DNA of 64,000 nucleotides, taken from NCBI GenBank assembly GCA_964016885.1, contig OZ024743.1:275280001-275344000 (forward strand), read 5' to 3'. The position numbers and the translations under genes were made by a program. This document shows, in pieces, positions 27,650 through 45,169 of the stretch. This DNA comes from Eledone cirrhosa. Its lineage: Eukaryota. How positions within the stretch are numbered: the stretch's first letter is position 1; the number at the start of each line of letters is the position of its first letter. The notes under the pieces are model-generated. The model ran no database searches. It had not been told where the DNA came from and was given only the letters and a program-made list of their open reading frames with translations.

Positions 27650-29340
27650 ATACAGCAATTTTTGTCTCTTTTCTAATTCCCTTCCTGCTCCAAAGACGTA
27701 CTCTTAACATGAGAAAGAATCGGTCGCTTTTTTTAAACGAGGGGCGGAGGCTATTTCATAATCTAATATGAAATACCCGTTAATTACACTTCCCAGACAT
27801 AGAAGCTTATGGACTACTTTGAGTTTTAATCCATCTATGTAAATGGATGTTTCTACATAAGGAGATCCCGGGGCAGATTAAGACATTACTACGGTTTTAT
27901 CGAGACAAAGACTTTACATGAACTAAATAGTCTATTTGTGAAGTTGTGCATACCTATGAATGAATGGGCAACTATGTCGCAGTCATCGGCGTAAAGAAGA
28001 TTGCGATTGATAGTTTGGAGGACTTTCGTCTTTGCAGCAAAGCGCTTGAGGTTGAAAAGCTTTCTCGAGGAGCGATATATGATGAAGCCGTCTTCATTAC
28101 AGTCCCTAAAGGCATCAATGAGAACCACAGAGAAATAGCTAGAGAAAAAAGTAAAAGCCATGAGATCAGCCAGCTTACACCATTTTAACTTTGATTGGCT
28201 CTGAAATGATACCACCAATGTTTTTCAAAGCCACCATGTCATCATGAAAAGATCTAGCTATATTAACAAAGTGTTCCGGGCACCCTAACCTGACAAGGAT
28301 CTGCCGCATAACATCACGGTATCAAAGGCTTTTCTTAAATCCAAGGATACCTGATACGGGCTCTGTTGTTGTTCGTATCACTTTTCTTGAATTGAACGTG
28401 CTGTAAAGATCATATCAATCGAAAGCCACATTGTGATTCTAGTAATATCAGGTACATACATACATACATACATACATACATACATACATACATACATGGA
28501 TACATACATACATGGATACATACATGGATACATACATACATACATACATACATACATACATACATACATACATACATACATACATACATACATACATACA
28601 TACATGGATACATACATGGATACATACATACATACATACATACATGCATGCATGCATGCATGCATGCATGCATACATACATACATACATACATACATACA
28701 TACATACATACATACATACATACATACATACATGGTGGCTGCCAACTCGTTTTCGAGTACGGCCACTACTTTATATCCATGTAGGAGAACCCCCTACTGA
28801 TGCGCTGAACGAGTGTGACTTTTTAGTCCAGCCAGCGACTTGAAAACTCTGGTACAAACACTACACTTGTGACAATTATTGACACATAGTGCTGGGCCCA
28901 TGGTACCATGTGACGAGAAGTGCAGAGAGATCTCCTGATATAAAGCAATGCCTGTGCCGTGAAGCTTTTATAGTGAGAAAAGGCACTGCACAAAGCCAGT
29001 CCCACTCTCTTAACCAAGATGATATTTACCAAAAAGAAGAACAAGTCAACATCATTGGATACCATCAGGGTTGCAGGTGTTATATCAGAGTTTTCCTTCT
29101 CCTAGAATTCTGCCTTGACAAAGGCTAAGGGGTCATCTCTCCTGGTGATTTTGGATGGCCTTTGACTCTTAAGAGCTCCTTTGCCCTTTGACAGGTTTTG
29201 TTTTTAGTCCTGCAGGATGTCCAAAGTCACCCTCCTCACCAAGAAACCTTGGTGGGGTTGCCAGTTTAGTCGCCAATGACCCGACCATGAGACAGGTTGT
29301 ACTGGGATACATGTTACCAGTAGCACCAACTGGTGACCTG
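27650..29340 (-). mobile_element. decayed RTE (BovB-like) LINE split by (TACA)n
   Basis: ESQCGFR..DMIFTARSIQEK and KLFNLKRFAAKTKV..LLYADDC. Confidence 0.8.
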
Positions 29341-29713
29341 ACAACATACATACATACATACATACATACATACATACATACATACATACATACATACATA
29401 CATACATACATACAAATATACATACATAGCTGGCACCTTCAAAATTTTCAAAACATTCTTGCGATTCAAGGGATGACAATTTCTTTTCTTTTACAACCTT
29501 GCCACCAGGAAGGTGGCCTGTCAAAAAAATATACTCGAAATTCAGAGAAAGAGATAACATACATACATACATACATACATACATACATACATACATACAT
29601 ACATACATACGTGCATGCATGCATATACATGCAGACAGACAGACATACACATTTCCTTATATGTTATGCTCTCTAGCTATCTCACATTCACATTGAACCA
29701 CTTTGTGTCTGCT

Positions 29714-29834
<121 letters not shown>

Positions 29835-32371
29835 CACGCATTATTGCATTAAAACGAGAGTTCGACAATCCATCCATTAATATTATTATTACTATCACCA
29901 CTTTGACATCCAGCCCAGCCGAACCTACCTACCTACGTAACAATAATTCACATTTACATCGATCGTATAACACATTTAACTCCCTTTGTCTTTATTAACA
30001 TACTGTCACTATTTGTCAACTGTCTGATAAACTGCCTCCTGGTTGCTATCCGCTCATACTCTACACGTAGCAAAGATTTATGTACGTGTGTATGTGTCCG
30101 TGATTGTGAATAAGTGTGTGTGTGTGTGTATATATATGTGTGTGCGTGCGTGCGTGTGTGTGTGTGCGTGTGTGTATCCCACTCTCACACTCGTTTTCTT
30201 AGTTTATTTTCATCCATTACACTTTTTCCTCCCTATTACCCTTTCTCTCTTTCAAACTCCTCAGCTTAGGATAATGTATGTACATCTGTGTTTATGTGTG
30301 TATGAGTGTTTATGTGAAGGCACGTAGCTTAGTGGTTAGCGTGTTCCTTTCATGATCGTAAGGTCGTAAGTTGGATTCCCGGTAACACGCTGAAAGATAC
30401 TTTATTTCAAGTTACACCAGTCCCCTCAGTTGGAAAACCTGAGTTACACCCGTAATTCAAAGGGTTATCCTTGTCACAAACTGGATCACGCAAAATCTCT
30501 CCCTGAGAATTATATTGAGAGTACACGTGTCTATTGAATGCTCAGCCACTTGCACGTTAATTTCACGAGCAGGCTTTTCCGTTGATCAAGCAGCTGGAAC
30601 ACTCTTCGTAGAAACAGCTTAATGCACAGCCTCTTTCGCTGGCTGTTCCTCGCAGCAATGTCTTCGCCATTTTGTCCGCGAGGCGCTACTGAGATATACC
30701 GTCTAGACTGAGGTGTAGAATCTCCCACTCCTTCCTCCTTTTCCTTACTTTCGCCATTTCATTTTTCTCTTTCTTTTTTTATGCAAACGTTGATATAATG
30801 CAAATTTCTTCATTTTGTTTTTAAATCTAATAAATTATTCAGAATTTTTAAAAAATTGTACATAATCTTCTTTTGGCTTACTTTCAATGATACAGACAAA
30901 CAACTGGTTTACTCAGATTCTGAATCTGGACTTCATAAGACAAGGCCTTGAAACTTGTTTTAGTATTAAGAGCTCAAATAAATATATGTATACGTAACTA
31001 AGACCGCCAATCGCCGAAACTTCAACATAAACAAATCTACACGAATCAAAATTTATTCCCAAAGACAAATGTAATAACAACAGATCCCACAAAGGGACCT
31101 TATGCCAGGAGCCTGTCAATGGGGAACTCAGTCCACGTGGTATCAAGGAATGACATACATATACACGATTAAAACCGTCAGTTGCATAAAATTGAACGTA
31201 AATACACCTAGAATAAACTCAAATAAACGTATCGATAAACCTACATACAACCTCACTCACCTGACCTACACTACATGAGGAAAAGTAGATATTACACACG
31301 TCCTTCTAAGCCACGTCCCAAGCCTCCCGGAAAAACATCCACCGACCTGCAATAATTAATGGTATAGGGATGACGGGCGTCATCAAGCTGCAGCCGTTGT
31401 ATTACATAGTAAATAATCTGCAGTGACTACGACCCAAGCGTAATTGACGATGCACCTATACATAATCAGTGCAACCGCCAGAAATATTCCCCAAAACATA
31501 TGCCCTCAACGAACCCGATCCAACATATAGACATCCACTGAAATAAACTACAAGCTCTATATACATACAAGAGGGACTACCACACACTTTCTGTCAACTA
31601 AGTTTCATGCACAAAGCATTGGTCAACCCGAGGCTATAGTAGAAGACACTTGCCCCCCATCAGTGACACAATAACAAGAACAACTACATAAACACTACCT
31701 GGGAAAATGTCGGGCACAGTTTGAACATCTTTAATAATAAATTTGTTGAATCAGAGTTGATCTGGAGCTAAACAGACAACAATAACAACAACAAAGCAGT
31801 TATCATTTTAGGTGACTCACACCACTCAACTAAAAGAGGATGTTTGATTATCTAGAAATAACGGACAAATTACTTCAAAGTACCGTTCTGTCTTACAAAA
31901 GGAAGGGTACATTGAATAATAGAGTCCTAGATATTTCTAAAGAACAGGATGGCCAAAGATCATCATAGGTCTGTCTATTCAATTATGGCTGATCTAAGGC
32001 TAAATAACCACACCGACCACAACGACGACAACCAAAACGATGACAATAACGACAATAAGAACAAAAACAAAAACAACTAGCAACAACTACTACTGCTACT
32101 ACTACCACACCACTGCTACAACAATAACTACTACTACTACTACTACTACTACTACCACTACTACTACTACAATAGCAACTGCAACTACTGCTACTTTTGT
32201 TGTTGTTGTTGCTACTACTACTACTACCACCACCACTACTGCTACTACAATAATTACTGCTACTACTACTACGACTACTACTACTGCTGCTGCTGCTGCT
32301 GCTACCACCAACACCACTACTACTACTACTACTACTACCACCACTACCACCACTACTGCTACTATAATAAT

Positions 32372-32437
<66 letters not shown>

Positions 32438-32539
32438 CACTACTGCTACTATAATAATTACTACTACTACTACTACTACTGCTGCTACTACAGCGACTGC
32501 AACTACTGCTATTGTTGTTGTTGCTACTAATAATAATAA

Positions 32540-32840
32540 TTCTTTCTACTTTTGGCACAAGGCCAGCAATTACCCAATGCATTACTGGTACTTTATTCTA
32601 TCGACCCCAGAAGGATGAAAGGCAAAGTTAACCTAAACTACTAATAATAATAATGATAATAATTGTTTCTACTTTAGACACAAGGCCAACCATTTTGGGG
32701 AAGGGGACAGTCGATTAATAATAATAATTGTTTCTACTTTAGACACAAGGCCAACCATTTTGGGGAAGGGGACAGTCGATTAATAATAATAATTGTTTCT
32801 ACTTTAGACACAAGGCCAGCAATTACCCAGTGCATTAATA
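32540..32840 (-). repeat. SINE 3' tails, including a ~65-bp tandem triplication
   Basis: AATTGTTTCTACTTTAGACACAAGGCC at 32661, 32726 and 32791. Confidence 0.75.
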
Positions 32841-33699
32841 ATAATGATGTCTGTATTAACCACAAGGATTTACATAAAGGAAAACATTAAGGACGGTACA
32901 GGACGGTACAAATATGGGTTTCTGTCTGTATAAAAAGAAACACAATAACAATAACAAAAAAATATAACAAAAAAAAATAGAAACAAAAACAAATTCTCCA
33001 ATAGGAGGGGAGGTAATAATAATAACACATTGATCCCTATTTTTTTTTTAAGTGATCGTCTGCAATAACGTACAAGGAGAGGACTGAAGTTTAGCGTGGT
33101 TTTTCATAGATTTAACAACATATATAGAGATAAATAAGGGGAAAATAGTAATAAAAGACATTACAACTGTATATGTTGACATAAACATTATCACGCTTGA
33201 CATGTCTTGGTGACGCATTTAGCTCTAAATTTGACCAAGGCCGAATTCTTGTCCATTCTCCTACAAACCGAAGAGAAATAATCCACTAATCAAATGACAC
33301 ATATATATATACACATATATACATACATATATACACATACATACATACATACATACATACATACATACATACATACATACATACATACATACATACATAC
33401 GTACGTACATACGTTCGTACATACATACATACATACATACATACATACATACATACATACATACATACATACATACATACATACATACACGCACACATAC
33501 ATACAGAAGCACATATATATATAGTCATACAAACTTGCGTAGAATGTCCACATAGACTAATGACATGCGTTTGTGTGTATATAGATAGATAGATAGATAG
33601 ATAGCTATAGATATATGTATATATGTGTATGGCAGCGATAATGAGGGACAGAGACCGCTGGAGAGAACTCGTCCATGGATCTCGGGAATTTTACCCGCC

Positions 33700-34179
33700 T
33701 TAGATAGATAGATAGATGTGTATATATATATGTGAGTATATATGTATATATATATGTGTGTATATATACATATATGTATATACATATGTGTGTGTGTATG
33801 TATACATATATACATATATAAGTATATATATATATATATATATACATATACACATATATACATATACATATATATATATATTTACATATACACATATATA
33901 CATATACATATATATATAGATACATATATACATATATATATACATATGCATATATATATAAACATATATACATATACATATATATATAAACATATATACA
34001 TATACATATATATATAAACATATATACATATACATATATATATAAACATATATACATATACATACATATATATATATATACATATATATATAAACATATA
34101 TATATATACATATATATATATACACATATATATATACATACATATATACATACATATATACATATATATACATATATAC

Positions 34180-34254
<75 letters not shown>

Positions 34255-34257
34255 CAC

Positions 34258-34353
<96 letters not shown>

Positions 34354-34424
34354 GTGTATATATATATATATATACAATTGATGTATATATATATATACAG
34401 TATTCTCCGATTTCTTACTTTCCC

Positions 34425-34505
<81 letters not shown>

Positions 34506-34506
34506 C

Positions 34507-34571
<65 letters not shown>

Positions 34572-34580
34572 GAGAGAGAG
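33700..34580. repeat. compound (TA/CA)n-(TG)n-(AG)n microsatellite
   Basis: Seen directly. Confidence 0.95.
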
Positions 34581-35141
34581 ACGTACAAATGAAATGTAAA
34601 TGTATTAAGAGCGTGCATCTAAGCATCAAATTTACGACGGCTATATTGCAAATACTCCTCTAATCTATTGCCAAATTCCCCCTTGGCATCTCCTGTCTAT
34701 GACTAATTCTTTACGTTTCGTTGTGCTTCGCTATATCTTACATTCTGTCACTCTGGTTGGTGTCCTTCTGCTATTATTTGTTGCTATGTGTACGGAAAAG
34801 AAAAGAGAGCGGTTGGAAAGGGGAGCTTATTTGCAACTGGTGAAAGCTCTCGCTGGTAATATGTTTTAATTATTTTCCTTATAACTTAGTGATGGATTTC
34901 TATGTTAGGTCTCTATCCATGTTTGCACGCAATACTACAATAAAATTACAGTTATCGCTTGTTTCCAGTGAACTGTTCATTACGGATCGGCTTTCATGGG
35001 CTTTTTTCTTCGACCAATGTAATTACATATGTATTGATGTATATGTGTATGTGTGTAAGTAAGTATGTATGTATTATATATATGTATATAGGTAGATAGG
35101 TAGGTATATGTATATACGCATGTAGGTATATGTATATACAC

Positions 35142-35259
<118 letters not shown>

Positions 35260-35525
35260 ATCGACCTGTAACTCCTGATAGAGTCGTAATGGCGCCGTCG
35301 TAGCATACGGCCTGTCTTGGGCACAATAAACCTGGCGGAGCCGATCCCTCTCCAGGTATGAACACAGCTAATTTCTTCCAGAAGAAGTGGGAAAGAGATA
35401 TTGTGTTAGAATTGGCCCCACTACTGGACTGGTACTTGTTAATCGACTTTGAGAAGAATGAAAGGTAAAGTCGATCTCGGTGGGTTTTTAACTCCCAGGA
35501 CGTTTATTGCGAAGTCCCAGAGTCT

Positions 35526-35761
35526 AACACATATATATCCTAGAAACGATCGTTAAATAATGAACTTTTTTTGTTTAATATAAGGAACTGTTTCATTGTT
35601 TTATTCATTATTATTTTTTTAATATTTTATCTTGACTCTGTATTCCGTTTATCTTTCACCGAAAGTGATTTTTCATTGCATCTCTTCTTTCCATGATATC
35701 CGGAATACATTGAGTTCTTCATACGGATTGGACACTACCGTAAACTCTTGGTAGATTTATC

Positions 35762-35764
<3 letters not shown>
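35526..35764 (+). mobile_element. family F cassette, 5'-truncated within HHR stem II
   Basis: Similar to 43589-43820 on the opposite strand; contains GAA-ACGATCGT-T-AAATA; ends in (TA)n. Confidence 0.75.
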
Positions 35765-36569
<805 letters not shown>

Positions 36570-36825
36570 GGAAGGAGTGAATAATAACAGGGATCGGCTA
36601 TACAGTAGGGTTTATTCCAAGTATTAACAAATGTTTCATTCGTCCGGTGTGTCTAAAAACCGCTACCCACAGTGTGCTGCGACACTCGATTTTAATTACA
36701 GTTTACACCAACGAAATTCTCAAAATACTAATTCGGTTTAGATTCTACAGTGCATTTGTATTTATAATTACATGTTAAATAACATGGGTACTTTGAGATA
36801 AAAAGGACAAATCCTGAACACTGTA

Positions 36826-37733
36826 GATCTTGCTTGCAGTCTGACCTGGACACAATGCAACAATGGATCTCAGACTGGCAACTCAAGCTAGCTGTGGACA
36901 AGTGCACCACCATGCATTTTGGGAGTAAAAACCCAGCGTCCATATACTCCCTCCACAGCACTAATATCAAGAAGTCTTCTTGTGAACGTGACCTGGGCAT
37001 TACGGTCAGCAGCGATTTGCGTTGGACGAAGCACGTCTCTAAAATTGTCTAGAGGGCCGAGGGTATCTTAGCATCACTCAGCAAGACCTTTGTCAGCCGC
37101 TCTCCAGATATCTATTTAAGGTTGTACATGGCTATGGTGCGGCCACACTTAGAATTTGCATCACCAGTCTGGAACCCCTATCTTGCTCAGAACATTGACC
37201 GCCTTGAAACTGTTCAGAGACGTGCAACCAAGCGAATGCCCTCCATCAGGCATCTACCATACTCTGAACGCCTTGCTTCTCTGGGGATGGATACATTGAA
37301 GCTCCGACACCTGGCAACTGACTTGGTAAAGACCCACAAAATTGTTAACCATCTTGCCACCAACAACCCTGAGCACCTTTTTGATTTCCATGTGTCTAAC
37401 ACACGTGGACATGCCCACAAAGTCAGAAAACAGCACAGTTCCCATGACTTTCGGAAACCTTTTTTCATGCTCAGAGTTGCTGAAGCATGGAACAAACTAC
37501 CTGCATCAGTTGTTAGCTGTCGAGACACTGCATCCTTTAAAACCTCCATGCTTCCCGAGATTCGCCAACACTACACCTAATGTTCCCCCTCCATACACAT
37601 ACACACATGTATATCATGACTCATACACTATTCACTTCCCTGACATTTGTGTATTATTCTATGTACTATACATGCACCTTTGACGAGTTGTAGTGCACCT
37701 GAGCACTTTACACAATAATTTCATTATTATTAT
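36826..37733 (+). mobile_element. CR1-type LINE 3' fragment
   Basis: LQSDLD..WQLKLAVDKC, VRPHLEFASPVWNPY, QRRATK, TRGH, RVAEAWNKLP; in-frame TAG near 37050; (ATT)n tail. Confidence 0.9.
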
Positions 37734-37914
37734 GACAAGAGGGGAAACATAGTGAGGATAATGAGGAAACATATTAGGATAATGGCATAAAAATAATAAT
37801 AATAATAATAATATGAAAAAAAAGTGGTATGAAAAGACAATAAGATAAAGATAAAAATAGAAAGAGATCCTCCAAATATCAGACTGTTCAAATACAAGAG
37901 TCTTGCTCGTATAT

Positions 37915-38107
37915 AATAATTGTTTCTACTTGTTTCTACTTTTGGCACAAGGCCAACAATTATCACAGTGTATTACTGGTACTTTATTTTATCGACCCCG
38001 TAAGGATGAAAGGCAAAGTTAACCTGGGCGGGATTTGAACTGGGACCGTAAAGGGTTGTAACTCCATGCTGCAAAACATGGCGTCCGACCTTCTACCGAT
38101 ACTGCCT
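37915..38107 (-). mobile_element. Nin-domain SINE
   Basis: Reverse complement of the 21173-21353 family. Confidence 0.85.
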
Positions 38108-38364
38108 ATAATATCTACCAATTTGTGTGTTAAAAATTTCTTTAATGCCGAAGTTTGGAACATGACCTTCCCAGGTCTTCCATACATAAATAACATATAT
38201 GCATGTATATGTGTGTGGGTGTGTGTGTGGAAAGAGAGAGAGTGTGTGCGTGTAGGTGTGTGTGGAAGATAGAAAGGGGAAATTGAACTCACGACCTTAC
38301 GATTGTGAGCCAAATAACCAAACCACAAAGCCAGGCGCCTTCACACACACACATTATATGCACG

Positions 38365-38419
<55 letters not shown>

Positions 38420-38433
38420 GTGTGTGTGTGTGC

Positions 38434-38478
<45 letters not shown>

Positions 38479-38479
38479 A

Positions 38480-38857
38480 ATGAAAGTTAGAGTTAATAAC
38501 TCATACTGAAACCCTGTAATTAACAAGCTCAAAGTATAAATACTGAACATTATAATATATGTAATAAGAAACACAGTAAATCGTGTGTCTAATATTACGA
38601 GGGTTGAAGAACCACATTTGTTTGAAATATTTAACCATGAAGTAGACAGATGATGATGCCCGTGGATTATCTGTTACAAACACACTCAGGGCGAAACAGA
38701 TTAATCCCTAATCTGTCCGAGAGATATAATTGTTATTGAGGCGGTTTGTATAATTTAATTTAATTTTATCATTCTGTCTGTTTCATGGTTAAATATTTCA
38801 AACAAATGTTGTTCTTCAACCCTCGTAATATTAGACACACGATTTACTGTGTTTATT

Positions 38858-38860
<3 letters not shown>
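38480..38860 (+). mobile_element. family K copy with inverted arm and 5'-clipped HHR
   Basis: Arms ~38562-38650 / 38770-38860; the HHR begins at TGATGA (38651) and lacks C3 and the 5' strand of stem I. Confidence 0.8.
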
Positions 38861-38911
<51 letters not shown>

Positions 38912-39457
38912 TATATATATACACACGCATACATACATATGTATAAATACACACTCATACACTGGGCGCACACTCAAATATAAAGTCATCCGAATGAAGT
39001 AGAATATAAAAAAAATCAACTAGAAAACCAAACCCAAATTACCGTTAAGAGATTTACAAATATATTTTCTAAATGAAGCTTATAGTGTCACGGTTTCGAA
39101 TTTCACTTGCGCGCCCCCTATTCTATGTCTTCTACGGCGGCAGGAACAAGTACTCACAAACACGCGTGTATGTATGTATGGACGCACCACGAATGTAATG
39201 CGAATATATCCTTGCGAGCAGGGGAAACAGACACACATACACACATTATATTTAGACACACACACACACATCTACATATATCATCATTAATGTCATTTTA
39301 ACGTCCACTTTCCTTGCTAGCAAAAGTTATGCCTATATATATATATATATATACTTAAACATACTTCTACACATACATATATACACACAACACACACGCA
39401 TATACATAAACATACATATACACATATATATATATATACACACACATATATATACAT

Positions 39458-39525
<68 letters not shown>

Positions 39526-40311
39526 GCGCGCGCGCGAGCATATGTATGTATTTATATATACATATAATAAGGGTTGACGGACCCAGCATATTTATCAATG
39601 CCAGTACCGGTTGTATCTCAGCGCACTCAATGGGCAATGTAAGATACATTACCAGAGTATACACATAGTTATTGCCTCAACACAACACACGTAAAACGGG
39701 TGCCTATAAGGTTCCCGGACTCGAGTTTCTGCAGCACTAATGCAGCAGTAAGGTGCACTGCACCATCTGTCTGCATATATTATGCAACAATGCACAATCG
39801 GCTTATGCGGCTTCATACATAGACACACACACTTAGTGTCAGGTTTCCGTCCGATTTTAGTAGCGCACACAAATCTCCAACATATGATATAGTGTCAGTA
39901 CACGATAGGGAAGTTAAGGGAGACTTGATGAAGAGAGACTGAAGTTAACTTTAAATCGCATCATTTCACCAACCAGTTCTTTCTTTCAGCCCCTTTATGC
40001 TAACATGGATCAGTACACTTGCAATATATAGTATATAGGGTTTAGCTCTCTGGCTTCTAACCGAAGTTCCTGATTAATAGAGAATAATAAAAATAAATAA
40101 ATAAAATGAACCTCCGTCGGTTTCGATGATGAGTGCCCCAGTTGTTTTATCAACGGTACAGCCTGCTCCTCGTGAAATTAACGTGTTAGTGTCTGAACAT
40201 TCCATAAACACATCTTCCCTTAACAATATTCTGAGGAAGATTCAGCATAAACACAGTGTAAGTCGAGGTTGGAGCTTCGAATTATAGGAACATTCCACCA
40301 TGTATTATAAT

Positions 40312-40490
40312 GATTTCTAGTATAGGCACAAGGGCAGTAATTTGATCCCAGTACATTACTGGTACTTTATTTTATCGACCCCGTAAGGATGAAAGGCAAA
40401 CCTCGGCAGGGTTTGAACTCAGATCATAAAGGGCGGTAACTCTATGCTGCAAAGCATGGCGTACGACCCTCTACCGATACTGCCTCCACC
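40312..40490 (-). mobile_element. Nin-domain SINE nested in another SINE-like repeat
   Basis: CCACCATGTATTATAATGA is duplicated on both sides (TSD). Confidence 0.85.
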
Positions 40491-40779
40491 ATGTATTATA
40501 ATGAAAATGACCGAGCATTCCACAGACACATGAAAACTCAACATAATTATCAGGGAGATGCAAAGAAAATAATGTATAGTAAAATTGGACCTTTGAATTA
40601 CATGTAATCCAACGAGTTTGCAAACAGTTTCCATGTACCCAGTATCATTCACTTGGCTTAGATCAATCCAAGGCAATGGTAAATGACATTTGATTATGAT
40701 GCAACTTAGACCCGGCCCGAGATCGAACTCACAACCTCTCAATTGCAATCCCAACGCTCTAACCACTAAGCCATGCGCC

Positions 40780-40858
<79 letters not shown>

Positions 40859-41050
40859 CGAAGGAAATGTGGTAAGGAACCAGGTGGACCATAACGCACC
40901 AAAGTACTCAATACTTAGGGTAGTAAAGTGGGTAATAGGAACCAGTAAGACCCCATTCTGTGACCTCTTCAGTGACTGGGGATTCTTTTCTTTGTTTTTG
41001 TGCCTCTCCTTTGTTCTGTCCTACGCCAAAAACAAAGAAAAGAATCCCCA

Positions 41051-41093
41051 GTCACTGAAGAGGTCACAGAATGTGTGACGAAAGAACTTTGAC
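41051..41093 (+). ncRNA. minimal type I hammerhead ribozyme (family J, 40955-41245)
   Basis: GTCA-CTGAAGA-G-GTCACA-GAATG-TGTGAC-GAA-AG-AA-CT-T^TGAC; preceded by a ~46-bp inverted arm. Confidence 0.75.
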
Positions 41094-41239
41094 AATATAT
41101 AAACAACCATCTGGTTGTGGAACCAACCAACCAACCGGAAATTTATAAATTCCTAAATTTATAAATTTATTATAATAAATTGAAGTGAAAGCAACTGGTG
41201 CGTGTGTTTCTTATTGGCTACATGACCCTCCCAAAGTAT

Positions 41240-43588
<2,349 letters not shown>

Positions 43589-44134
43589 TGTAGATAAATC
43601 TACCAAGAGTTTACGGTAGTGTCCAATCCGTATGAAGAACTCAATGTATTCCGGATATCATGGAAAGAAGAGATGTAATGAAAATCCAATTTCGGTGAAA
43701 GATAAACGGTATACAGAGTCAAGATAAAATATTAAACAAATAATGAACAAACAATTCCTTATATTAAACAAAAAAAGTTCACTATTTAACGATCGTTTCT
43801 AGGGCACATATGTGTTATAATTGGTATGCATATTTAACAGATCTATGTACAAAATTATACAAAATTATACAAATTATCAAGATTAAATATACATACCTAA
43901 CTCATATATACGCCGTCTTCAGAAATAATTATTTCTGAAGACGGCGTATATATGAGTTAGGTATGTATATTTAATCTTGATAATTTGTATAATTTTGTAT
44001 AATTTTGTACATAGATCTGTTAAATATGCATACCAATTATAACACATATGTGCCCTAGAAACGATCGTTAAATAGTGAACTTTTTTTTGTTTAATATAAG
44101 GAATTGTTTGTTCATTATTTGTTTAATATTTTAT
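43589..44134. mobile_element. family F spacer-less palindrome (~205-bp arms) with HHR-like motif in each arm
   Basis: Centre AGAAATAA|TTATTTCT at 43928/43929; TATTT-CTGAAGA..long stem II..GAA-ACGATCGT-T-AAATA at 43930-44074. Confidence 0.8.
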
Positions 44135-44142
44135 ATATATAC

Positions 44143-44233
<91 letters not shown>

Positions 44234-44242
44234 CATATATAC

Positions 44243-44331
<89 letters not shown>

Positions 44332-44332
44332 C

Positions 44333-44782
<450 letters not shown>

Positions 44783-44806
44783 ATATATATATATACATAT
44801 ATATAC

Positions 44807-44843
<37 letters not shown>

Positions 44844-44888
44844 CATATATACATATACATATATATATATATATATACATATATATAC

Positions 44889-44969
<81 letters not shown>

Positions 44970-44972
<3 letters not shown>

Positions 44973-45154
44973 CGAAGGAAATGTGGTAAGGAACCAGGTG
45001 GACCATAACGCACCAAAGTACTCAATACTTAGGGTAGTAGAGTGGGAACAAGTAAGACCCCGACGGCTGAGCTCAAGCCGTTTCGACGGCTAATTCTGGA
45101 CTGAATTAGCCGTCGAAACGGCTTGAGCTCAGCCGTCGGGGTCTTACTTGTTCC
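44970..45154. mobile_element. family B copy with perfect 52-bp-arm hairpin
   Basis: Arms 45045-45096 / 45103-45154, loop TGGACT. Confidence 0.85.
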
Positions 45155-45169
45155 TATATATATATATAT

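Noticed and set aside
31983-32618. Ser/Thr/Val-rich mucin-like ORFs
   Set aside because: They derive from a (TAC/CAC/TGC)n trinucleotide expansion attached to a SINE tail.
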